From an uncultured Gemmatimonadales bacterium (GTDB lineage Bacteria; Gemmatimonadota; Gemmatimonadetes; Gemmatimonadales; Gemmatimonadaceae), in NCBI GenBank assembly GCA_963701965.1, contig OY969695.1:896001-960000 (forward strand): 64,000 nt of DNA, read 5' to 3'. The notes under the pieces were generated by a model. That model was not told where the DNA came from. It did no database searches and worked only from the letters and a program-made list of their open reading frames with translations. A program made the position numbers and the translations under genes. Shown here piece by piece: positions 10,650 to 21,178 of this stretch; the stretch's first letter is position 1, and every line of letters begins with the position of its first letter.

Positions 10650-11320
10650 TCCGCACGGTCGTCGCGCTGGCCCTCGTCACGGGCGTCGCCCGCGGACAAT
10701 CCGTCGACGAAATTCTCAATCACGCCACGACGGCGTACCAGAAAGTCACGACGATCCGCGCCTCGTTCGACCAGACGCTCACCAGCGGACTGACCGGAGA
10801 TACGACGGCGGGCAAGGGTGAGATGACACAGCTCCGACCCAATTTTCTGTCGGTGCGCTTTACGGAACCGGCGGGCGATCGGATCGTCGCCGACGGCACC
10901 TGGCTCTGGGTCTACGCCCCGAGCGCCACGCCGGGGCAAGTCATCAAAATGCCGCTGGCCGCCAACAACGACGAGCCCAATGCGCCGGCGGTCGATTTCG
11001 TGCAGACCTTCATCTCGTCGCCGCGGGCCCACTTCGACGTCTCGCCCGGCAAGGCGGACAGCGTGGAGGGACACAAAGCACATACCGTCGTCCTCGTGCC
11101 CAGGAAACCCGGGCAGTATACCAAGGCGACGGTCTGGATCGACGACGACGACGGCGTGATCCGGCAGTTCGAGGTGGTGGATGGCACCGGAACGACCCGG
11201 CGTATCCGGTTCACGAAGCTGGCGTTCAATACGCCCGTCGACAAATCGGTGTTCGTCTACCGGCCGCCGAACGGCGTCAAAGTCGTCGATCGGCAGACCA
11301 TGCTCAACGGCTCGGGCTAA
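10640..11320 (+). CDS. lolA: Outer-membrane lipoprotein carrier LolA
   Basis: Signal peptide; TIRASFDQT, LRPN, IVADGTWLWVY. Confidence 0.85.
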   Translation: MSVIRTVVALALVTGVARGQSVDEILNHATTAYQKVTTIRASFDQTLTSGLTGDTTAGKGEMTQLRPNFLSVRFTEPAGDRIVADGTWLWVYAPSATPGQVIKMPLAANNDEPNAPAVDFVQTFISSPRAHFDVSPGKADSVEGHKAHTVVLVPRKPGQYTKATVWIDDDDGVIRQFEVVDGTGTTRRIRFTKLAFNTPVDKSVFVYRPPNGVKVVDRQTMLNGSG

Positions 11321-12138
11321 CGCGGATCTCGGCGAGCGCGCGTTCGACTTCGTCGAATTGCGCGACGCTCGCCGTGCCGGCGCCGCGCGCCACCTCCAGC
11401 GCCACCCGCGAAGCGGCGACGTAGAGGTCCTGCAGCAGCGGATCCGAGGCCAGCGCCGCCGCGTTGCGGCGCACCGTGCCCGCGTCACCGCGCGACACCG
11501 GACCCACCAGCGCGCGTTCGGCCCCGAGTGCCGCCACGTTGGCCACGGACGCGAGCAGGAGGTGCAGCGCGGCGCCGTCCGCCGCCTCGGGTTCGACGCC
11601 CAGCTGTCGCAACTTTTCCTCGGCGGCGGCGAGCAACACCGCGGGGAAGTTCGACGCGAAGACAGCCGCGGCGTGGTAGCCCGCCTTGGCGCCCGGCGGA
11701 ATACGCAGCACGCGCGCGCCCAGCACCCGGGCCAGGCACTCCGCGGCCGCCACGGCCGGCGCATCGCCGTCCACGCCAATCCAGCCGCCCTTGAGTGTGG
11801 CGGCCGCGCGCTCGGGCGCGGCCAAGGGCGCGATCGGATGAAACGTCCCCGCCGGATGTCCGGCGGCGCGAAGGGCCTGCATCGCCTCGACGGGGTCCGT
11901 CGCGCCGCTGGCATGCAGGACCACGGCTCCAGGCTTCATCCCCGCCGCGCATCACATCGCCCAGGGCACCGGGCAGATCTCCGTCGCGTACCGTGACGAG
12001 CACGATGTCCGCGCGCGCGAAGCGCGCCGGGGGATCGTCGGGAGAGGGGCGGCCGAACAGGTCCACGGGCATCGCCGCGGCCCGCAGGGCCGCGGCGAGC
12101 GCCCGGCCGGCCCGGCCGGCGCCGAGGATCGCGATTAC
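11304..12138 (-). CDS. Rossmann-like/DUF2520 oxidoreductase (apparent frameshift at about 11940; no canonical start)
   Basis: IAILGAGRAG Rossmann motif in one frame, VLHASGA...FHP...YHAAAVFASNF...GPVSRGD in another; extra G in a G4 run. Confidence 0.85.
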
Positions 12139-13754
12139 TTGAGCGACGGTTTCCGCGCCTCGGCGCGCCGGAGCAGGTCCGCGGGTGAGGAGGATTGGCC
12201 GGCGAGATCGGCGGCCACAACGAAGACGGAGTCCCGTTTCGTCGCCCGCTCGAAGAGCCCGTCGGCGCCGAACACGTACCGCGTCACCTCGGTCCCCAGT
12301 TGCTGGTCGACGTACGCCGAGGCGGCGTCGTACGTCGGCCGGTCGAGCGTCACGCCCCGCGCGCGCAACCGGCGGAACAACTCCTCGCGCATGGCGGGCG
12401 TGACATCGAAATCGGGCGACGACAGCGCGTGCGTCCCCTCGAGCGACAGCGCGTACGCGGTCAGCGCGTCGCGGAACGCCGGCACCTTCGATCCGAGCGC
12501 GCTCTCGAACGCGGCCTGGGTCGCCGAGACGGCGGTGTCGCCGACGATCACATCCGGGGTGATGCCACCGCCGCCATAGACCGTGCGGCCGCCGGAGGTC
12601 CGGTACATCACGCGCGCCTTGGTCGTGTCGCCCGCCGTCGAGTCGCTGCCGCCATCGCCATCGTCATCCGGCTTGACGCGCGGCCGGTTGATGCTGCGTC
12701 CGGACGGCGTGTACCAGAGGGCCGTCGTCAGCTTGAGCGCTCCCCCGCCGACTTTGAACAGGGATTGCGCGCTGCCCTTCCCATACGTCGGCGTGCCGAC
12801 CAGGACCGCGCGGTCGTGATCCTGGAGCGCCCCCGCGACGATCTCCGCGGCGCTGGCCGTGCCCCGGTCGACGAGCAGCACGACCGGCATGCCCGGCCAG
12901 TGTTCCGGCGCGTGGTCGACGTACTGCTGGGTGGCGCCATCGGCGCGCCCGCGCAGACTGACCGTCGTATCGCTGGGCGAGAGGAACAGGTCGGAGACCT
13001 CGACTCCTTGGGCGAGGAGACCACCGGGGTCGTTCCGCAGATCAACCACCAGGGACCGCGCCCCGCGCGCGCGCAGGGAGTCCACGGCCCGTGTCAGCTC
13101 GCGCGCCGTGGAGTCGCTGAAGACGGTGACGTGCACGTACGCGACGCCGGGCTTGAGGAACGCCGCCCGCGGCACCGCCCGCACGTGGATCGCGCGGCGG
13201 GTGACGGTGAACGGGATGTGCGCCTCGACTCCGGGCCGCTCTACCGTGAGACGCACGGTCGACCCCGGGGCGCCGCGCATCGCCTTCGACGCCTCGTCCT
13301 GCGTCCACCCCTGGGTGCCCTGCCCGTCGACCTCGATCAGCCGGTCGCCGGTGCGAATGCCGGCGCGGTCGGCCGGGGAGCCCGGCACGGGAGCCAGGAT
13401 CGTGATCCACCCATCGCGGATGTCGATCTGCACGCCCAGCCCGACATACGACCCGTTGGTCGTTTCGTTGAGGCGCTCCAGGCGGTCGGCCGAGAGATAG
13501 GACGTGTGCGGGTCGCCGAGCTCGTACAACATGCCGGTCACCGCGGCGTGGTACACCGAGTCGTCGCCGACCGAGTCGACGAAGTCGCGGCGTACGTGAT
13601 CCGCGACCTGATCGAACAAGACGGCGCCGACGCGGGCACCGGGGCCGCGGGACAACGGACCGGCGCCCTGGCGCAGACCGTTCTCCAGGAACCACCCGCC
13701 GCACACCACGCCCAAGCCCAGCGTGCCGATGACCACCACTGCCCGTGACCGCAC
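12135..13754 (-). CDS. ctpA: S41 carboxy-terminal processing protease with PDZ domain
   Basis: DPHTSY, DLRNDPGGLL, TASAAEIVAGALQD, YGKGSAQ, GGGITPD. Confidence 0.93.
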   Translation of the reverse strand: MRSRAVVVIGTLGLGVVCGGWFLENGLRQGAGPLSRGPGARVGAVLFDQVADHVRRDFVDSVGDDSVYHAAVTGMLYELGDPHTSYLSADRLERLNETTNGSYVGLGVQIDIRDGWITILAPVPGSPADRAGIRTGDRLIEVDGQGTQGWTQDEASKAMRGAPGSTVRLTVERPGVEAHIPFTVTRRAIHVRAVPRAAFLKPGVAYVHVTVFSDSTARELTRAVDSLRARGARSLVVDLRNDPGGLLAQGVEVSDLFLSPSDTTVSLRGRADGATQQYVDHAPEHWPGMPVVLLVDRGTASAAEIVAGALQDHDRAVLVGTPTYGKGSAQSLFKVGGGALKLTTALWYTPSGRSINRPRVKPDDDGDGGSDSTAGDTTKARVMYRTSGGRTVYGGGGITPDVIVGDTAVSATQAAFESALGSKVPAFRDALTAYALSLEGTHALSSPDFDVTPAMREELFRRLRARGVTLDRPTYDAASAYVDQQLGTEVTRYVFGADGLFERATKRDSVFVVAADLAGQSSSPADLLRRAEARKPSLK

Positions 13755-14396
13755 TTACGCTCCCTCCCCGTCGGCTACCGCGGCCCAGATGCGGCCGGTG
13801 ACGTCGTCCACTGTCCCGCGGGCATCGATGCCGACGATCCGCCCGCATTCGGGATGTTCGCGCTGCCAAGCCTTCGTCAGAAACATACTGAATGCCGCGC
13901 CCACGCGTTCGTGGAAATCAATCCCCGAGCGCTCGATTCGGTCCCCGGCAGGCGGCGCGTCCGCGCGGCCCTCGCGTCGCGACTGCGCATCGCCGCCCGG
14001 CAACGCGAGCACGAGCGTAAGGTCTGGCACGATCCCGCGCGTGGCAAACGCGTTGATCCGCCGCACGTCGTCCTCCGGCAGCCCCCGGCCCGCGACCTGA
14101 TAGGCGTACGTGGACAGGAAATACCGGTCGAGCACGACGGTCCGTCCCGCGGCACGGTGCGCTGCCAACTCGGGGGTGAGCTGCGCCCGCGCCGCGAGAA
14201 AGAGCAACAGCTCGGCGCGGTCGTTGACCGCGCCGTCCGCGAGATGCAGCAACTCGACGCGAATGCGCTCGCCCAGCGGCGTCCCGCCCGGCTCCCGCAG
14301 CGAGACCGCGGGAACACTGCACTGCTGCAGACGATCGACGAGTCGGTGGGCCTGCGTCGTCTTCCCGACGCCGTCGGCCCCCTCGAGGACGATCAG
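13755..14396 (-). CDS. tmk: Thymidylate kinase (predicted CTG start)
   Basis: (M)IVLEGADGVGKTTQ P-loop, REPGGT, DRYFLSTYAYQ, PDLTLVL; P-loop lies upstream of the ORF-track start. Confidence 0.93.
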   Translation of the reverse strand: MIVLEGADGVGKTTQAHRLVDRLQQCSVPAVSLREPGGTPLGERIRVELLHLADGAVNDRAELLLFLAARAQLTPELAAHRAAGRTVVLDRYFLSTYAYQVAGRGLPEDDVRRINAFATRGIVPDLTLVLALPGGDAQSRREGRADAPPAGDRIERSGIDFHERVGAAFSMFLTKAWQREHPECGRIVGIDARGTVDDVTGRIWAAVADGEGA

Positions 14397-14749
14397 CCGA
14401 GCGTGATGATGGAGCTGGTCGCGCCCTTGCGTATGCCGTCCAGGATCCAGTTGTTCACCCGCAACATGATCTTGTCGAAGTTCTCTTGCGCGGACACGGC
14501 ACGCTGATACACCGGCTTGCTCTGAATGGAGCCAAGCAATTCGTCCAACTGATGCTCCATCTCGGGCGTCGGGCTCTCGCCGCGCTCGATCAGTTGCTGG
14601 GCGTCCTGTCGGACGCGTTCCATCTGCTGCAACTGCGTCACCGCTTCGCGGTCGAGGTTCAGCGCTTCGTTGGCGCGCTTGACCGCTTGGTATTCCGAGC
14701 TCTGGCCGATCAGGCGGCCCAGCTCGACGGCTCTCTCTTCAAGATTCAT
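14393..14749 (-). CDS. YlbF/YmcA (Ric) family protein
   Basis: A.ELGRLIGQSSEYQAVKRA...ENFDKIMLRVNNWI helical pattern. Confidence 0.75.
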   Translation of the reverse strand: MNLEERAVELGRLIGQSSEYQAVKRANEALNLDREAVTQLQQMERVRQDAQQLIERGESPTPEMEHQLDELLGSIQSKPVYQRAVSAQENFDKIMLRVNNWILDGIRKGATSSIITLG

Positions 14750-15599
14750 GGTTCGATCCCGTATGTGTTCGTCGCGCCAGCACGAACCGCTCCCGTCCCG
14801 CCAGATCCAGCCGCACGCGAATGCGCTCGTAACGTCCGTCCGCCAGCACGGTCTCGGCAGCGAGCGATGCCCGTCGCGCGTCGACCTCCAGCGCCAACAG
14901 CCCGCCGGGCTCCAAGAGGATCGCCGCATCCCGGACGATCGTCCGAATCGCCGCCATCCCCCCGTCACCGCTCAACAACGCGACGGGAGGCTCCCAGTCG
15001 CGCACCGACCGCTCCAGCGTGCGGGCTTCCTCGTAGGAAATGTAGGGCGGATTGGAGACGATCGCTGTCGCCCGGATGTCCTGAACGGGGGTCAGGAACG
15101 CGCCGATCCGCCACTCGACCGCGGCCCCAATCGCCTGTCCGTTCGCCGCCGCCACGTCCACGGCGCCCGTCGAGATATCGGTGCCCACGATCCGCTCAAA
15201 CCTCCCCTCGGCCGCCAGCGCCAGCGCGATCGCACCGGACCCGGTCCCGACATCGATCGCCGTGCCGCCCGGTTTTTCGCCCAACACGAGGTCCACCAGG
15301 AGCTCGGTCTCGGGCCGCGGAATCAGCACCCGTTCGTCGACCGCTAGCGTCAGGTGCCGGAATGCGGCCCGTCCCACCGCATACGCAAGCGGAGCGCCCG
15401 CGCGACGTTTGCGCCCGGCGGCCCGGGCGCGGGCCACCAACTCGGCCGGGGCCGGGTCCGCGGCGTGCGTCACGGGCCAGTGGCGCGGTTGGTCGACCAG
15501 AGCGGCCACGATGTCGCGCGCCTCGGCCTTGCCCACGTCCCGGGCCAGCGCATCGACGAGCGCGCCGATGCCAAGCGACTCAGCAACGGCGTCACCCAT
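14739..15599 (-). CDS. prmC: Release factor glutamine methyltransferase
   Basis: [25 protein letters not shown]. Confidence 0.96.
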   Translation of the reverse strand: MGDAVAESLGIGALVDALARDVGKAEARDIVAALVDQPRHWPVTHAADPAPAELVARARAAGRKRRAGAPLAYAVGRAAFRHLTLAVDERVLIPRPETELLVDLVLGEKPGGTAIDVGTGSGAIALALAAEGRFERIVGTDISTGAVDVAAANGQAIGAAVEWRIGAFLTPVQDIRATAIVSNPPYISYEEARTLERSVRDWEPPVALLSGDGGMAAIRTIVRDAAILLEPGGLLALEVDARRASLAAETVLADGRYERIRVRLDLAGRERFVLARRTHTGSNHES

Positions 15600-16672
15600 T
15601 CTCACCTGCGCCATTGAGCCGCTCCTCGACGCTGGCGATCGAGAGTGCATTGACGAACGGATCGATCTCTCCATTCAGCACGTTGGTGACGTCATGCAGG
15701 GTGAGATTGACGCGATGATCGGTGACACGATTCTGCTGAAAGTTGTACGTCCGGATCTTCGCCGACCGGTCACCGGTGCCCACCTGCGTCTTCCGCATGC
15801 GCGACCGCGCGGCTTCCTGCTCCGCGATCCTGGCGTCGAGCAACCGCGCCCGCAGGACTTCCATCGCTTTGAGCTTGTTCTGGAGCTGCGACTTCTGGTC
15901 CTGCTGGCTGACGACAATACCGGACGGTAAGTGCGTGATCCGCACGGCCGAGTCGGTCGTATTCACACTCTGCCCGCCAGGCCCCGACGAGCGGAAGACG
16001 TCGATCCGAAGATCCTTGTCTTCGATCTTGATGTCGATCTCTTCGGCCTCGGGCAGCACGGCCACGGTCGCGGCCGACGTGTGGATGCGCCCCTGGGCCT
16101 CCGTGGCGGGCACCCGCTGCACGCGGTGCACGCCAGACTCCCAGCGCAGGGCGCCGAAGGCGCCCGTGCCGTCGACTTTCATGACGGCCTCTTTGATCCC
16201 CCCGAGCGTGCCTTCCGACAGCGACAGATACTCGGCACGCCAGCCACGGCGCTCGAATGTACCGGGTGTACATACGTTGCAGATCCGCGGCAAACAACGC
16301 CGCTTCGTCGCCCCCGGTGCCGGCCCGGATCTCGACGATCGCGGGGCGATCATCGAGCGGATCCGGGGGGACCAGGAGCGGCTGGAGGTCGGTCTCGATC
16401 GCCGGAATCGCCTCCTCGAGGCGGGCGACCTCCGTCCGGGCGAACGCCGCCATTTCGGGGTCCTCATTGGAAACGAGCTCGCGCGCCTGCACGAGCTCGT
16501 CATCCAATTTTTCGAGCCGATCCGCCAAAGCAACCACGGCGCTCAGCCGTTGGTGCTCCCGGCCCAGCGAACGCCGGGCGTTGGCGTCTCGCATGGTCTG
16601 CGGATCGAGTAACTCGCGCTCGACTTGAACCGCCCGGTCGAGCGCCTCCGCTAGACGGTCGCGGAGGCTCAG
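15592..16672 (-). CDS. prfA: Peptide chain release factor 1 (predicted CTG start; apparent +1 indel at about 16256)
   Basis: [29 protein letters not shown] (PAT = RF1 motif), [15 protein letters not shown]; upstream of prmC. Confidence 0.95.
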
Positions 16673-16872
16673 CTCGTCTTCCCGTACTTCTGCCGGAAGC
16701 GCTCAATGCGCCCGGCGGTATCCACGAGCTTCTGCTTGCCAGTATAGAACGGGTGGCAGTTCCCGCAAATATCGGTATGGATCTCCGCCTGGGTCGAGCG
16801 CGTCTCGAACGTGTTGCCGCACGCGCACGTGACCGTGGCGGTCGCGTATTCAGGATGAATATCGGTTTTCAT
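16669..16872 (-). CDS. rpmE: 50S ribosomal protein L31 (Zn-binding type)
   Basis: [37 protein letters not shown]. Confidence 0.97.
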   Translation of the reverse strand: MKTDIHPEYATATVTCACGNTFETRSTQAEIHTDICGNCHPFYTGKQKLVDTAGRIERFRQKYGKTS

Positions 16873-16938
16873 GGCAATGTCCTGTGGAAGCCGTCTGTAG
16901 CCGACGTAGCCGGTAATAATACCCAAAAGCCTGGCTAT

Positions 16939-16967
16939 TTGACAGTACTTCCGGCCGCTCGTATGTT
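16939..16967 (+). promoter_or_regulatory. Sigma70 promoter of the Crp/Fnr gene (near-leaderless transcript)
   Basis: TTGACA-N17-TATGTT ending 10 nt before ATG 16978. Confidence 0.65.
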
Positions 16968-16977
16968 CCCGCCCAGC

Positions 16978-17649
16978 ATGGAAATAGCCGACTTCCTTGC
17001 GACGGTCCCCCTGCTTGGTCAGATCCCGACCGAGGAGCTGGGGCGGTTCGCGGAAGTAACCCGGGAAAAGCAGTACCCCAGAGGCAGCGTCATCCTGTTC
17101 GAGGATGACCCGGGCGACTCGCTTTTCATCGTGCGGGACGGCCGGGTCAAGGTCGTGCTCGTCGGTGAAGACGGGCGCGAGGTCATCCTCGGCGTCTTGG
17201 GGGTTGGCGAGCACTTCGGCGAGCTGTCCTTGATTGATGACCAGCCGAGGTCGGCCCACGTCATCGCCATGGAAGACTCGAATCTGCTCGTGCTCCGACG
17301 CAATGATTTTCGCCGCCGCGTCGAGGCGACGCCGGCCGTCGCCTGGGCGCTGTTGTCGGAGCTGTCGCGGCGCCTGCGGCGGGCGGACGGGAAGATCGGC
17401 GGGCTCGTGCTGCTCGACGTGCCGGGACGCATCGCGCGCCTGCTGCTGGACTTCGCCGAGGAAGGCGGCGGGACGATCGAAAAGCCCTTGACCCACCAGA
17501 CCATCGCCCAGATGATCGGCGCCAGCCGCGAGACCGTGTCGCGGGCGATGCGGGAATTTCAGGACGCGGGTTGGATCGGCGTCGAGCGGCGAAAGATCTC
17601 GGTGACCGACCGCGCCGCCCTCCTGGCCCGGGCCCAGGCTCGCGAGTGA
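16978..17649 (+). CDS. Crp/Fnr family transcriptional regulator
   Basis: cNMP pocket [33 protein letters not shown]. Confidence 0.95.
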   Translation: MEIADFLATVPLLGQIPTEELGRFAEVTREKQYPRGSVILFEDDPGDSLFIVRDGRVKVVLVGEDGREVILGVLGVGEHFGELSLIDDQPRSAHVIAMEDSNLLVLRRNDFRRRVEATPAVAWALLSELSRRLRRADGKIGGLVLLDVPGRIARLLLDFAEEGGGTIEKPLTHQTIAQMIGASRETVSRAMREFQDAGWIGVERRKISVTDRAALLARAQARE

Positions 17650-17697
17650 TGGGGATCACGCCGCGCGGCGCACCGTAGGGGCACATTTGCACGTATC

Positions 17698-18572
17698 ATG
17701 ACGCTCACTGTGCGCTTCTGGGGCACGCGGGGCTCGATCCCGAGCCCCGGGGCTCAAACGGTGCGATACGGCGGCAACACGCCGTGCGTCGAGTTGCGGA
17801 CGGCCGACGACCAGCTCGTGGTCCTCGACGCGGGCACGGGCATCCGCGAGTTGGGCCGGTCCTTGATCGACCGCGCGCACGGGATGCCGATTCGCGGCGA
17901 CATCTTTCTGACCCACGCCCACTGGGATCACATCCAGGGGCTGCCGTTCTTCGCGCCGGTCTTTCGCGAAGGCAATCACTTCACGATTTGGGGCTCCAAA
18001 GCGATGGAGACGAGCATCGGCCGCGTGCTGCGCGACCAATGTCACCCGTCGTCTTTCCCATCACGTTCGACCAGCTCGCGGCGTCGATCGAGGTGCGGGA
18101 GCTGTCGGATCGCCTCTCCCTCAAGCGCGCGCTCAATGTACGGGCGTTTCCGGTCCAACACCCCGGCGGGGCCCTGGGCTATCGCTTTACGCCCAACGGA
18201 AACGTCGCGGCAGAGTCCCTCGTCTACATATCGGACAACGAGTTGAGCCCGGCTGGTATCTATGAGTCACCCGCTACCTGGCAGCGCGACTTGATCGCGT
18301 TCTGCCGTGGGGCGGGCGTTTTGGTGCATGACTCAATGTTCACGACCGAGGAGTACCAGCAGCACGTGGGCTGGGGCCACTCGACGTACGAAGACGCAGT
18401 CGCGTTGGCGCTGGAGGCCGAGGTGGAACGGCTGGTCCTGTTCCACCACAAGCCGGAGCGTACGGATGACGAAGTCGATCGCCGGACCGACGAGTGCCGG
18501 GCACTCGTCGCGCAGCGCGGTGGCCGGCTGGAAATCCTGGCGGCCGCCGAGGGACTCACGTTGACGGTTTGA
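17698..18572 (+). CDS. MBL-fold metallo-hydrolase, phosphodiesterase-like (apparent frameshift at about 18039)
   Basis: FWGTRGSIPSPG, THAHWDHIQG, then HPG, SDNE, WGHS, LFHHKP in a second frame. Confidence 0.9.
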
Positions 18573-18594
18573 CTCCCCGATAGGAGGAGTGCGC

Positions 18595-19290
18595 ATGTAT
18601 CGCCAGACGCTCGCCGTTCTCTCCGCAGTCGCGGTCGCCCTTCCCGCCTTGGCTCAGACGACCGATACCCGCCCGACGGTCGCCGTGATGTACTTCGACA
18701 ACGGCGCCATGGGGAAGCAGCACGAGGACTTCGATCCGCTCACCAAAGGCATGGCCGACCTGCTCATCACCGAGTTCTCGGCCGACACCGCGATTCGCGT
18801 CGTGGAGCGCGATCAGCTGCAGAAGCTGATGGATGAGCAGAACATCGATCCGAAACGGGTCTCGCAAGAGACCATCGTGCATCTCGGGAAGTTGCTCGGC
18901 GCGCACCACATGATCTTCGGCGGGTTCGTCGCCGACCAGAGCGGCAAGATGATCCTGACCAGCCGCGCCGTCGACGTCGAGACATCCCAGGTCGAGTACA
19001 CGGCCCGCGTCAACGGCAACACGAACAACGCGCTGAGCATGGTCACGCAGCTCGCCGACACCATGATCCGCGGGATGCGGCTCCCGCAGTTGGACGTCAA
19101 AGCCCGCTCGGCGCGCGCCGACGAAGCCAAGAAAGTCCCGTTCGAGACCGTGATGCTGTATTCGCGCGGCCTGGCCGAGGAAGACAAAGGCAACAAGGGC
19201 AAAGCCGTCGAGTACTACAAGGCGTCGTTGAACAAGTTTCCCGAGTACGAACCCTCCAAGAAGCGCCTGGCCACGCTCAGCTCCGGCTGA
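18595..19290 (+). CDS. Exported CsgG/FlgO-like protein with C-terminal TPR
   Basis: SD GGAGG; signal peptide; TVAVMYFDN, VVERDQL, LGKLLGAHHMIFG. Confidence 0.75.
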   Translation: MYRQTLAVLSAVAVALPALAQTTDTRPTVAVMYFDNGAMGKQHEDFDPLTKGMADLLITEFSADTAIRVVERDQLQKLMDEQNIDPKRVSQETIVHLGKLLGAHHMIFGGFVADQSGKMILTSRAVDVETSQVEYTARVNGNTNNALSMVTQLADTMIRGMRLPQLDVKARSARADEAKKVPFETVMLYSRGLAEEDKGNKGKAVEYYKASLNKFPEYEPSKKRLATLSSG

Positions 19291-19299
19291 GCCGGTGCC

Positions 19300-21178
19300 G
19301 TGCACGCGCTCCTGATCGTCGCCGGCACCGGGATCGACCTTCCCCGGCTGCCGGAGGAAATCGAAGTGCGGCGGGTGCGGGCGTTTCCGTTGATGGAGAC
19401 GCTGGAACCCGAGCGCCCGACCGTGATACTGGTCGCCACCGAGACGAAGCCCGAACTGATCGCCGCCGCCGCTGACGCGGCGGCGATCGTCGTTCTGGGC
19501 GGTCCGACGCCCCCGCCCGACCTCCCCATCGCCGGGTATCTGCCTCCCGGAGCCGAGCCGGCGCTTGTCGTGACGCAGATCCGGGCGGGATTCCGCCACG
19601 CGGGCGCGCTGTGCGCCGCGTCGGCGGCGCGCGCGGCCGAAGCCCGCCGCTATCGGGAGCTGACCGAGCTGACACATATCGGCGTCGCCTTGTCGACGGA
19701 GCGCAACCTGCTGACGCTCCTCGACAAGATCCTGACGCAGGCCCGCCGCATCGCGGACAGCGACGCGGGCTCACTCTACCTGCTGGAGCGCGGCGAGGAC
19801 GGCGGGCCCTCGGCGCTCCGGTTCAAGTTGTCCCAGAACTTCACGCTGCCGAACCTGCCGCTGAGCGAGTTCACGGTGCCGCTCGACCACGCGAGCCTGG
19901 CCGGCTACGCAGCGTCCACGGGCGAACCGCTGGTCATCGACAATGTGTACCAGCTGCCCGCCGACGTGCCCTATCGGCAGAACCGCAGCTTCGACGACAA
20001 GTTCGGCTATCGCACGAAATCCACGCTCGTGCTGCCGATGAAGACGCACAAGGACGAAGTCGTCGGCGTGCTGCAGCTGATCAACCGCAAGCCCACCCAC
20101 GACAGCCCGCTGCGGGAAGCCATTGCGTACGACCAGCGATCGGTGGAGCTGGTGACGGCGCTGGCCTCGCAGGCCGCGGTGGCCATTGAGAACAGCCAGC
20201 TGTACGAGAATATCGAACGGTTGTTCGAGGGATTCGTCACGGCCGCCGTAACGGCGATCGAGTCCCGCGACCCGACGACGTACGGACACTCGGCCCGTGT
20301 GGCGGCCCTGAGCGTGGCGCTGGCCGAAGTCGTCGATCGCGGCGGCGGCGAAGGCGCCTACCGCGTCACGCGATTCTCCCGGGCGCAGTTGCGGGAATTA
20401 CGGTACGCGGGCCTGCTGCACGACTTCGGAAAAGTGGGCGTGCGCGAGCAGGTGCTGATCAAGCAGAAGAAGCTCTACCCGCTCAACGCCGATCTCATCC
20501 GCCTACGCTTCGCCGTCCTGGCGCAGGCCGCGGAAGCGCAATTCGAGCGGGCGCGCGCCGACTACCTCATGCAACCCCGCGAAGGGATCGACTACGACGC
20601 GTTCGTCGAGAGGATCCAGCGCGAGCTCGAATGACACCCGGAGCCAACTGGAGCGCCTCTACCAGGCCGTGCGGTCCGCGAATGAACCGGCGCTGGACGT
20701 GGAGAAGAGCGCCGAGCCGCTCTCCACCTTGGCCGGGCTCATGTTCAACGATCTCGATGGCGAGTGCCGCCCGGTCCTGACCGACGACGAGCAGCGGTGG
20801 CTGTCGATCCGGCGCGGAAACCTGGACGACGAAGAGCGGCGCGAGATCGAATCCCACGTCACGCACACGTTCCGGTTTCTGCGACAGATTCCCTGGACGC
20901 GGGAGCTGCGGCACGTGCCGGACATCGCCTTCGCCCATCACGAGAAGCTCAACGGGCGTGGCTATCCGCGGGCGTTGGACGCCCAGGCGATCCCGGTCCA
21001 GGCGCGCATCATGACGATCGCCGACATCTACGACGCCTTGACGGCGGCGGATCGTCCCTACAAGCGCGCGGTCAGCGCCGAGCGGGCGCTCGAGATCTTG
21101 AACGACGAGATGCGCGCGGGGGCCATCGACCCTGACCTGCTGCGCACGTTCATCGCCGCGCGCGTCTACGCGACGTGA
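19300..21178 (+). CDS. GAF plus HD-GYP phosphodiesterase (apparent frameshift at about 20630)
   Basis: GAF VGVLQLINR; GHSARVA, LLHDFGKVG, HHEKLNGRGYP, IADIYDALT.ADRPYK. Confidence 0.9.

Noticed and set aside
16240..16270. Programmed frameshift in a release factor gene
   Set aside because: The gene is RF1 (PAT motif, next to prmC). The site lacks the prfB CTT-TGA and internal SD signal and matches the recurrent GAATG error.
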